Source: Macrostomum lignano (lineage: Eukaryota). Taken from it: a stretch of 64,000 bases of DNA. Each line of letters opens with the position of its first letter. Positions within the stretch are counted from its first letter, which is position 1. The position numbers and the translations under genes were made by a program. Where the stretch lies: NCBI GenBank assembly GCA_002269645.1, contig NIVC01002057.1, positions 1 through 64,000 on the forward strand. Reading direction: 5' to 3'. The notes below the pieces were generated by a model that worked only from the letters and a program-made list of their open reading frames with translations, ran no database searches and was not told the origin of the DNA. Below, piece after piece: positions 1-10,321 of this stretch.

Positions 1-475
1 GGGTATTTTTGAAGGTCAATGGCCGGTACTTTTGAAGGTCTACAAAATGCAATCAGAAGTGAATAAACTTAGAAGTAACAAATATTTAAGACAAGTTAAT
101 TGGATGCCAGTAAATTTAAATCAAGTTGACAAAAAAATATTTAAGTTTAAGTTTACTTTAAGATCAATATTTAGAAAATTTATATAGAAAATTTTATCAT
201 TAAATAGATTTGACGTAAAAATAGAAACAGTGGAATGTGCAATGTCGATAAAAAATACATGCAATTAGCAACCAAAAGAATTTATTTATTAGGTTTGAAC
301 AAATCAATGGTCACTGTCTAAAGGGAAGCACTTTAACAATACAATCAATAAAGGAGAGAGAGAGAACTGTAAGAGTTGGAGGAGACACCGAGAGGGGGGC
401 AAAGAAAGCTAGTCAATATACTAAAGAGACGAATGAAGCTCCAGTGACAAAAACAGTTTTTAACTCATCATTAAC

Positions 476-1391
476 TCATTCGGCAATAACAGCATCACCA
501 ACAGAAAGCTCAAATTTGGCCGCCTTATCAGTAGTATTATCACTGGCAGTGGCGGACACGTACAGACCGAATTTCAACGCACCGCCTTTCATCTGGGACA
601 GGGTGCGCATGGGCTCGATTGTAGACTCGCCAGTGTCCTGGTCGATGCCAATCATGTCGCAGCTGGGTTGACATTGCGGAAGATAAATGTTTATTATCTA
701 GGCTTTTCGAATATTTAGTTCAAGTTCCTAGTCTTAGTTGACCTGGACCTACTCTGAAGCCTACTTGAGCTTGACCTTCTTTGTATCTTACTTGACCATC
801 GAGTTGACGTACAATGTACCTTAGTTGACCTTGCTTGACCTTTTCTGTAGCTTAGTTGACCTTGCTTGACTTTTTCTGTAGCTTAGCTGACCTTGCTTGA
901 CCTTTTCTGTGTAACTTACTTGACCTTGACCTTATTTGTCGTTTAATTGAACATGACCTTATTTGTACCCTAGCTGACCTTTTCTGTACCTTTTACTTAG
1001 CTGATCTTGAAGTTTGTGTACTTTAGTTGCCCTTGACCTTCTCTGTAATTAACTTAACTTTTACCTTCAATAAACCTAGTTGGCTTCAACCTTTTTCGAA
1101 GCTCCTTCACCCTAAGAATCTCTCAGACCTACCGAGTGCAGACTCCGTGAGCGGCAAACTGCCTACCGCCGATGCTCAGTCGAGTCCAGGACTCCTCGGA
1201 CATTGGCTGGCAACCCGAACCACCAGGTTGGCCCGAAATCTGGCCACCAGCTGGGACAGGTCCAGCGGGCTCTCTGGACCGATGCAGTCCAACAGGTGGG
1301 CGACACTGGCCTCGTTTAACAGCAGGAACTGCTGCTCGTTGGCTAGGGATATGGCCTGGTTGGGGAGGGGTTTCTGGCTGAGCTTAGTGAA

Positions 1392-1432
<41 letters not shown>

Positions 1433-4400
1433 CAGCGGACACTTACCTGCTCCCCAGTCTTGGCCAGCCGGTCGCCGTCCTGCCGCACCAGCCGGCACGG
1501 ATACCCAACAACGCTGTGGAGCCAGTCGGCCGCGGCCTGCCCGCAGTCCAGCAGGCGGACGCGACTGCCGCAGACGCGGCTGTGCAGGCAGAGAGCGGCA
1601 GTCTGGTGCCCGGCGTCCATTGGGACAACCGCATTTTGATCGCTGATGGGCGAGTTCAGAATCAGCAGCCGGCGTTGAATGTCCAGGAAGGGTCGGATCT
1701 GGAGTAACGAGGAATAGGATGCACATTGATATCCGGGTTGGCGACCATCTTTGAAGTGGTTGAGTGGCGATTTTATACTGCTCGTAGTTTAAGGGGCAAT
1801 TTTAGCATGGTTGAGGGGCAATTTTATAATGGCTGAGGGGCGATTATATAATAATTGAAGGGCGATTTCATAATTTGGGTTGAGGGGCGATTTATAATGG
1901 GGGTTGAGGGGCGATTCTACAGTGGCTGAGGGGCGATTTTATAGTGGTTGAGGGGCGATTATATAATGGTTGAAGGGCGATTTCATAATTTGGGTTGGGG
2001 GGCGATTTTATAGTGGTTGAGGGGCGATTTTATAATGGGGTAGTTGAGAAGGGGGTTATATTGGGGTGGTGGAGTGGCGGTTTTATAATGGGTGGTTGAG
2101 GGGCGATTCTTAGGCACATAAGGAGGCTAGCTAGTGTGTGGTTAATTGGCTAAACACAAAGAGTTAACGACAGCAACAAAAATCGTCATAAATCACCTGA
2201 CTAAGCCGCGGCTCCCGTTTCATAGTCAGACACAAGCCGGACTCGTTTACAACCATCCAGTGCCGGTCAAGATGAAAGCCGCGCCGATCTACGGGCCAAC
2301 TAGCGGCAACTTCAAAGGCGGCGCAAGATTTCACAGGATAGAGAAATATGCGGCCCAAATGGGGCCAGTGCGACTCCGCGGCCGCCTTTGACGCTGCTGA
2401 TTGGCCGCCGCGGCACAGGTTGGCCAGCTCGTCTCGGGACATTGACATCAAAGGCGCCGACGCCGCCGCAGCCAACAATACCGGCATAGGTTTTGTTATT
2501 ACAAAATTGTCCGTTACCATAGCAACCAGAGCGTCGGCGTCGGATTCGTCCGACATGTAGCCAAATGAGGCTCGGACAGCGCCGGTAGGTCGGCCGTCGA
2601 CTAGATCGACACCGTCGCCGCACACGTGGCCGGCGCGAAGATTAGCCAACAGCTGTTCGTCCGTGATGTCCAGATAGCGCTGGCAGGCGCCCACGTTGCA
2701 GAAGCAGCCCACTCGGAGCTTTGGCGAGTAGGGTTGGGGTGGGGAAGGGCCATTTTATAGGGGTCAGGGTGGCTGACTGACTGACTGACTGACTGACTGA
2801 CTGACTGACTGACTGACTGACTGACTGACTGACTGACTGACTGACTGACTGACTGACTGACTGACTGACTGACTGACTGACTGACTTGAGTGAGTGGGTG
2901 ACTGGCTGACTGACTGACTGACTGACTGACTGACTGACTGACTGACTGACTGACTGACTGACTGACTGACTTGAGTGAGTGGGTGACTGACTGACTTGAG
3001 TGAGTGGGTGACTGACTGACTTGAGTGAGTGGGTGACTGACTGACTTGAGTGAGTGGGTGACTGACTGACTTGAGTGAGTGGGTGACTGACTGACTTGAG
3101 TGAGTGGGTGACTGGCTGACTGACTGACTGACCTGACTTAAAAGTAACAGCAATAAGTCGCACCTGTATCCGATAGTTTTCAGCCCTGGAGCTCAGATCC
3201 GAATAGCCAACAAAGCTACCATCGCAGCGCACTAAATTGAAAGCCACAATGCCGCCCTGCTTAGTCCAGTCCGTATAGTCATTATCGGTGTACAGCAGGC
3301 AAACAGGGGAGCCGTCAGAGTGGCGCAGCTCGCTTAAACGCCGGGCCAAGTACTGGGCCAGGCGAAAGACTCGCTGACTGATCTGCTGCATCCCGCCGCC
3401 AAGCTGTTCGAGAGCCCATAAGCCGTGACGCACTGCTAGGATGCTCAGATAGTTTATGGTGCCGTCTTCGAAACCGGCGGCAAGGTCCGGCGACTGCTGG
3501 ACGAACGAGCCGGATGGGACCATCGCCTGCCACCGATTTCAGAGAGTCTTTCTTTGTAGGTCTAACATTTTTGGCGATTCTTGAGGGCGATTTATAAAAT
3601 CGATACTTAAAGGCGATTCTATGGGGCGATTCAGGGCGATTCTTGTGGTTGATTATAGGGGGAAGGAAGCGATTAATATTCAATAAAAGCGATTCTTAAA
3701 GGCGATTCTTAGGGGCGATTATTGGGTGCGATTCTTAAGGGCGATTTTTGGGGACGATTCTTGAGGGCGATTCTTAAAGGCGATTCTTTAGGGCGATTCT
3801 TGAGGGCGATTATTGGGGACGATTCTTAAGGGCGATTTTTGGGGACGATTCTTAAGGGCGATTTTTGGGGACGATTCTTAAGGGCGATTCTTGAGGGCGA
3901 TTATTGGGGACGATTCTTAAGGGCGATTATTGGGGGCGATTCTTAAGGGGGATTTTTGGGGACGATTCTTGAGGGCAATTCTTGAGGGCGATTCTTGTGG
4001 GTGATTCTTGAGGGCGATTCTTGAGGGCGATTTTTAAGGGCGATTTTTGGGGACGATTCTTGAGGGCGATTCTTGAGGGCAATTCTTGGGGGCGATTCTT
4101 GAGGGCGATTCTTGAGGGCGATTCTTGAGGGCGATTCTTGAGGGCGACTCTTGAGGGCGATTCTTGTGGGCGATTCTTGCGGGCGATTCTTGAGGGCGAT
4201 TCTTGTGGGCGATTCTTGAGGGCGACTCTTGAGGGCGATTCTTGAGGGCGATTCTTGAGGGCGATTCTTGGGGGCGATTCTTAAAGGCGAGCGATTCTTC
4301 AGGGCGATTCTTGCGGGCGATTATTGGGGGCGATTCTTAAGGGCGATTTTTGAGGGCGATTTTTGCGGACGATTCATGTGGGTCTCTTGAGGGCCAGTTG

Positions 4401-5731
4401 CTAAAAGCAGTTAATAGCAGTGCCTAATAACCTCAATTAGCTATTTATGTTTCATCATAAGAGATTCACTGATGATAAACAAGTGCAGAAAAGTAAAAAC
4501 AATTTTGCTTCACCTGCACGGTACCACCGCCAAAGTAGGCCTTCTTAAGCACCGATTCACCATTGGCCACTCTATCCAGCCGCACAATGAGAGCTCCGAG
4601 GCCCGTAGGGTAGCCAAACATTTTATAAAACGATAAGCAGACAAAATCAGCCGAACAAGCTGTCAGATCCAATGGACAGGTGGCGGCAAATGATGCAGCA
4701 TCCAGCAGCACGTACGCGTCTTTATTATTGGCTTTCAATCGGTCCACAATGCTTAAATCCAGTTTCCTGCCGGAGAAATTGCACTGAGCAGGCAGGGCAA
4801 ACAGAACGCGACCGTCACTACTACTGCTAGTAGCTGATTCCAGCTCCAGCTCAGTCCTGCTGCACCTCACAACGAATCCTCTGGACCGGAGCACTTCCCG
4901 CATGCCAACAATAGAGGTGTGCGAGTCTAATAAATAATTAAACAAACCAGCGCCGTGCTGGCCTGCTTGGAAACTCTCGGCTAAAATTTTCACTGCAGCC
5001 GTGGCGCCGGATGTGAAAATGACAGCATGCTGCTGGTTGCTGGTGTTGAAATGTTTCAGCACAGAGTTGCGAGCCTCCTCAACTAGGCGACTGGTGTGAG
5101 CACTTTTGCGGGCCTGGCGAGATGCAGGGAGGGAGAGGAGACAGATATGGGATAGGAGGGATAGGAGGTATGAAGGGAGGGATAGAGCCTAGAGGAGATG
5201 AAGGGAGGAATAGAGGAGGTGAAGGGAGGGATATAGGAGATGAAGGGAGGGATATAGGAGATGAAGGGAGGGATAGAGGATATGAAGGGAGGGATAGAGG
5301 AGATGAAGGGAGGAATAGAGGAGATGAAGGGAGGGATAGAGGATATGAAGGGAGGGATAGAGGAGATGAAGGGAGGAATAGAGGAGATGAAGGGAGGGAT
5401 AGAGGATATGAAGGGAGGAATATAGGAGATGGAGCGAGGGATAGGGGAGATGAAGGGAGGGATAGAGGAGATGAAGGGATGAATGATGGGAGACAAACAT
5501 GCAGGAAGACAGTGTAAAGAAAGGAAAGACGGAGAGAGAGTAAATCCAAGAGCCAAGTTAAACAGACGTTACCTGAGTATGCGGATTGCCATATAACCCC
5601 GACTGCAGCTCCTGCATCACCCTGGTCAGCTGCCTCTCCGAATAGAGAGTGGCGCCTGCATGATCCAGATAGACATAATCGTTTAGTTGGGGAAATTCCA
5701 ACTGCCTGAGCTGCCTGACGTCCATTGGCAT
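476..5731 (-). CDS. MOCOS: Molybdenum cofactor sulfurase (NifS-like PLP domain + MOSC domain), 7 exons, ~777 aa if the exon-6 frameshift is corrected
   Basis: Exons (minus): 5731-5573, 5113-4514, 3526-3164, 2718-2197, 1698-1447, 1382(or 1373)-1133, 662-476, all GT-AG. Motifs: YLDHAGATLYS, GNPH, FTSGATAA, LLDAAS, PLP-lysine SFYKMFGYPTGLGAL, FEDGT, persulfide GCFCNVGACQ, GAVRASFGYMS, MOSC IFLYPVKSC, SLANEQQFLL, RFRANLVV, CTRCDMIGIDQDTG. Stop TGA at 476-478; AATAAA (minus) at 281-286. Confidence 0.95.
735..1060. repeat. Degenerate TTGACC-core tandem array (MOCOS intron 6)
   Basis: Repeated ttgacctt/cttgacc units. Confidence 0.75.
1393..1431. repeat. (GACA)n microsatellite (MOCOS intron 5)
   Basis: Direct observation. 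Confidence 0.95.
1790..2110. repeat. Degenerate GAGGGGCGATT array (MOCOS intron 4)
   Basis: Repeated ggttgaggggcgatt units. Confidence 0.8.
2772..3135. repeat. (TGAC)n microsatellite with TTGAGTGAGTGGG interruptions (MOCOS intron 3)
   Basis: Direct observation. Confidence 0.95.
3575..4375. repeat. ~13-bp CTTGAGGGCGATT array (MOCOS intron 2)
   Basis: Direct observation. Confidence 0.9.
5140..5480. repeat. 21-bp purine-rich minisatellite (MOCOS intron 1)
   Basis: Unit GAGATGAAGGGAGGGATAGAG. Confidence 0.9.
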
Positions 5732-5888
5732 GCAAAAATATCAGTAGAAATACTGCTAATTTAAAGATATATAGACACTACTATAGATGCTTCATAAAAA
5801 TCATACTACTTACTTAATAACTGAAGGCTGTTTATAGATAGATATACTACTTACTTAAGTAGCTGTTGTAAGGGGTTGTAGCCTAGCA

Positions 5889-6190
5889 GGGACTGTAGCC
5901 TAGTGGTAAGGGTGTCGGACTCACGACTGAAAGGTCGGGGGTTCGATTCCCGATCCCACCTCGGAAAAATTTGTGTCCTTGAGCAAGACATTTAACTCTG
6001 TATTGCTTCAGTTCACCCAGCTGTAAAATGGGTGCCAGCATTAACTGGGGTATTTGAGGCTGTGTGGCGACCCCCCAGTCCTTGGACTGAACAGCCTTAC
6101 GCAGCCTTCAGATGCGCCGCGCAATAGCTGCGGCTGAGCTGTCGGTTGCACATCTGCTTAATTGGGGCAGGTGTAATCAATTATTATTAA
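5889..6190 (+). mobile_element. tRNA-derived SINE with CORE-like central domain
   Basis: tRNA-like head 5889-5957 with A box TAGCCTAGTGG and B box GGTTCGATTCCC. It is followed at 5971-6032 by TTGTGTCCTTGAGCAAGACATTTAAC..TGCTTCAGTTCACCCAGCTGTAAAATGGG, resembling the MIR/CORE-SINE core. ATT-rich tail near 6180-6190. Confidence 0.75.
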
Positions 6191-6549
6191 CGAGTAGCTA
6201 CGAGTGTCAAAATTCTGCAAAAATCTTGAGTAATTACATACGAGTTACTTATAAAACAGCCAATTATTTAAAGAACTCAAACTAACTCGAACTTTAGTAC
6301 TGTTGAATAGTAAGACAAAAGCATTTATTTGTTGGATCATATATTGCAAAACAAAGATCTCTGCAGACTAGTAAAGTTTGTATTTCGCAGCACATACCGT
6401 AAAATACTCACTAAAATAAACTTAAAAAATTGATTTATTATTAAAATCACAGCACCTGAAGAAGTTTGCGAAGTAGTGATGAAGAGGAACTCCGCTACTA
6501 GGGAATCGAATGGATTTTAGAGCCAACAAAAAGGTGTGAGAAGGTGTGA

Positions 6550-7112
6550 GAAGCGCCAAAAAGGCCATGGGAGGCGCCAAATAGGGAATGAGAGGCGCCG
6601 AATATAGGGGTGTGAGAGGCGCCGAATAGAGGGGTGTGAGAGGCGCCGAATAGAGGGGTGTGAGAGGCGCCGAATAGAGGGGTGAGAGGCGCCGAATAGA
6701 GGGGTGTGAGAGGCGCCAAATAGAGAATGAGAGGCGCCGAATAGAGGGGTGTGAGAGGCGCCAAATAGAGGGGTGTGAGAGGCGCCAAATAGGGAATGAG
6801 AGGTGCCGAATAGAGGGGTGTGAGAGGCGCCGAATAGAGGGGTGTGAGAGGCGCCGAATAGAGGGGTGTGAGAGGCGCCGAATAGAGGGGTGTGAGAGGC
6901 GCCAAATATGGGGGTGTGAGAGGCGCCAAATATGGGGGTGTGAGGCGCCAAATATGGGGGTGTGAGAGGCGCCAAATAAGGGGTGTGAGAGGCGCCGAAT
7001 AGGGGGATTGAGAGGCACCAAAAAGGGGGTGTGAGAGGCACCAAAAATAGGGATGTGAGAGGCGCCAAATATGGGGGTGTGAGAGGCGCCAAATATGGGG
7101 TGGGGGAGGCGC
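6550..7112. repeat. 24-bp minisatellite
   Basis: Unit GAGAGGCGCCGAATAGAGGGGTGT. Confidence 0.9.
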
Positions 7113-7232
7113 CAAAAAGTAACTGATTGATTAATTAATGAACTGATTGCAGATAATTTATTGCACAACTTTAATTTTTGAAATCATGTTAAAAAACCGT
7201 TTACTTCAAAAGCCAATTAAAAGTACACGCTG

Positions 7233-7724
7233 TCACCCTAACTCGTACCAAGCAGTGGAGTTGTGCTCAAAATCAGCCAGAGAGATTCGAGCCGAGCCCA
7301 GCAACACGCCCCGACTAAGACGCGCCGCCGGGCCAGGCAGAATGCTCTTGCTCTTCGGTTTCCTATGCAGCACTCGAACCCGCAGGTAACGATAAGACAA
7401 TTCAATTTCGTTCACTTGAAAATCAAACGACTCATCGAACACAGGCGTGAGAGTGGAGCGCGCTGTACCGGTGCGCTTGCTCTGCTTCTTGGATTGCTGA
7501 TTAGCATAAGCAGAAGATTCCGCTGCTTCTATGGAGAATTTTACGTAGGGATTGCAGAGATTTGTGTCTACGGTGGGGCCCGCTGTCTGCGGCAGCAGCT
7601 GCACCCGGTGGCAGGCCAGCACCAGGCTCTGCCGGGCCGGGCTGTAGCGGAGGGTCAGCTCGATGCGGCCGAGGCGCTCGGCATAGCTCGGGTCCGACTG
7701 CTGCCGCTGCTGCTCTTGCTGCTC
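7233..7724 (-). CDS. Orphan C2-domain exon paralogous to the C-terminal C2 of the neighbouring extended synaptotagmin
   Basis: Acceptor ctctgattgcttccAG|GAG at 7724, open in phase 0 for 163 codons: EQQ..ERLGRIELTLRYSPARQSLVLACHRVQLL..NPYVK..TLTPVFDESFDF..LLGSARISLADFEHNSTAWYELG*. No in-frame Met; in-frame TAA at 7743-7745 upstream; AATAAA (minus) at 7157-7162. Confidence 0.8.
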   Translation of the reverse strand, partial: EQQEQQRQQSDPSYAERLGRIELTLRYSPARQSLVLACHRVQLLPQTAGPTVDTNLCNPYVKFSIEAAESSAYANQQSKKQSKRTGTARSTLTPVFDESFDFQVNEIELSYRYLRVRVLHRKPKSKSILPGPAARLSRGVLLGSARISLADFEHNSTAWYELG

Positions 7725-7837
7725 CTGGAAGCAATCAGAGAGTTAATTTTTTAGTACTAGTAGATCTAGAGATAAAAAATTCAGATGACAAGTGAGCATT
7801 CTATACACTATTTGGACTTCAGGACATTAGAATTCTG

Positions 7838-7843
7838 AGAGAC

Positions 7844-7874
<31 letters not shown>

Positions 7875-7876
7875 TA

Positions 7877-7911
<35 letters not shown>

Positions 7912-8320
7912 GGCAGACAGACAGACACGGAGACAGACACTGAGACAGACACTGAGACAGACACGGAGACAGACACTGAGTCAGACACGGAGACAGACAC
8001 TGAGACAGACACTGAGACAGACACTGAGTCAGACACTGAGACAGACACTGAGACAGACACTGAGACACACTGAGACAGACACTGAGACAGACACTGAGAC
8101 AGACACTGAGTCAGACACTGAGACAGACACTGAGACAGACACTGAGACACACTGAGACACACTGAGACAGACACTGAGACAGACACTGAGACAGACACGG
8201 AGACACACACTGAGACAGACACTGAGACAGACACTGAGACACACTGAGACAGACACTGAGACAGACACGGAGACAGACACTGAGACAGACACTGAGACAC
8301 ACTGAGACAGACATAGACAG
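7838..8320. repeat. (GACA)n grading into a 12-bp CTGAGACAGACA array
   Basis: Direct observation. Confidence 0.9.
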
Positions 8321-9169
8321 ACATCCCTATAGCACTTATTCAATCTTATCCAGCCAGCTAAAAAGTCAATAAGCAACAAAGCCAACAAGCAGTACTCGAA
8401 TGCCAATAGAATAAAAAAGCCAAGGCAACACGCTGACCCAATTAAATTGAATAGTTCACAGTGAACTACAGTGCTCATTAGCGAGAGAGAGTAAAATTGC
8501 TTCACACAAAAGACAGCAGCAAAAAGCAGTGCCAGCAGAAGCTAATAGAAGCCAGTCTAAATTTAGAAAAAAGACTACTAGAAAAAGTAACAATTAAAAG
8601 GAGATACAAAAAGGGAACAGAAACAGCTGGAGAGCAGTCTGTCTGATTGAACTTATTTGGCCAGCAATATTGATATAGAAATTCGGCACACCAAAACAAA
8701 ATAACTTGAGTACACAACTATATCAAATTGTACAGAGATAGATAAAATAGAAAAATCAATTATTAAACTTTCAAGGCAAGGTAAGCTGCAGATGGATAGG
8801 AGGAACAAAAAGTAGAATATAATTTTTAAAAACTGGTTTTAAAAATAAAATTTGGCTACGAATAACAGCAATTAAAGCCACTGATGATCTTCTTTACGAA
8901 ACGAAACTCGACTTGAAAAAATAAAAATAAATAGTTAAAATATATTAGCTGTTTGTACGGTAGTTTAGACAGAAATGATACATAAATCTCTATTGTCATC
9001 AGCATGAAAAACAAAGCACAGAACATATAAAAACGTCAATAATAAAAAAATGATAGAAATTGGCAAATAATGGCTTCATTTACACTAATGGAAACTGATT
9101 CAATGTTTAATAATCTGTTTTGATAAATAAGAGAGACAAACTTAGATAGAAATAGGATTAAAAGACATA

Positions 9170-10225
9170 GATCAAATCTCAAATCCCCCAAAAGAGATCG
9201 CTTGAATCCCCAAAATCCCTACGGAAGATTGCTCAAATTCCAAATCCCCATAAGAGATTGCTCAAATTCCAAATCCCAATAAGAGCTTGCTCAAATCCCC
9301 TCAAGAGATTGCTCAATTTCTCACAAGAGATTTCTCAAATTCTCACAAGAGATTGCTCAATTTCTCACAAGAGATTGCTCAAGTTCTCACAAGAGATTGC
9401 TCAAATTCTCACAAGAGATTGCTCAATTTCTCACAAGAGATTGCTCAAGTTCTCACAAGAGATTGCTCAAATCCCCACAAGAGGTTGCTCAAATCCCTAC
9501 AAGATATTGCTCACATCCCCATAAGAGTTGGCTCAAATCCTCACAAGAGTTTGCTCAAATCCCCACAAGAGATTGCTTAAATCCTCACAAGAGATTGCTC
9601 AAATCCCCATTAAGAGATGCTCAAATCCCAAATCCCCATAAGAGATGCTCAAATCCCAAATCCCAATAAGAGATTGCTCAAATCCCAAATCTCCATAAGA
9701 GATGCTCAAATCCCAAATCCCAATAAGAGATTGCTCAAATCCCAAATCTCCATAAGAGATGCTCAAATCCCAAATCCCCATAAGAGATGCTCAAATCCCA
9801 AATCTCCATAAGAGATGCTCAAATCCCAAATCACCATAAGAGATGCTCAAATCCCAAATCCCCATAAGAGATGCTCAAATCCCAAATCTCCATAAGAGAT
9901 GCTCAAATCCCAAATCTCCATAAGAGATGCTCAAATCCCAAATCCTCATAAGAGATGCTCAAATCCCAAATCTCCATAAGAGATGCTCACATACCAAATC
10001 CCCATAAGAGATGCTCAAATCCCAAATCTCCATAAGAGATGCTCAAATCCCAAATCTCCATAAGAGATGCTCAAATCCCAAATCCCCATAAGAGATGCTC
10101 AAATCCCAAATCTCCATAAGAGATGCTCAAATCCCAAATCCCCATAAGAGATGCTCAAATCCCAAATCCCCATAAGAGATGCTCAAATCCCAAATCCCAA
10201 TAAGAGATTGCTCAAATCCCCAACC
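9170..10225. repeat. Composite 22-bp / 28-29-bp minisatellite
   Basis: Units TCACAAGAGATTGCTCAAATTC, then ATAAGAGATGCTCAAATCCCAAATCCCC. Confidence 0.9.
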
Positions 10226-10321
10226 CCAATGAGAAAACAAAACAAATCTAAAAAAACAAAGCACCTGCATAGCAAAGGTGTGAAATACCGAGAGTCCAGA
10301 AACCACTTGTCAATCAATCAG

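Noticed and set aside
5889-5957. Functional tRNA gene
   Set aside because: Acceptor and anticodon stems are imperfect, there is no oligo-T terminator, and it continues into a SINE core.
8029-8717. Hydrophobic ORFs 8029-8505 and 8502-8717 as upstream exons of the orphan C2
   Set aside because: T-rich, UTR-like sequence with no convincing donor in the required phase and no recognisable motif.
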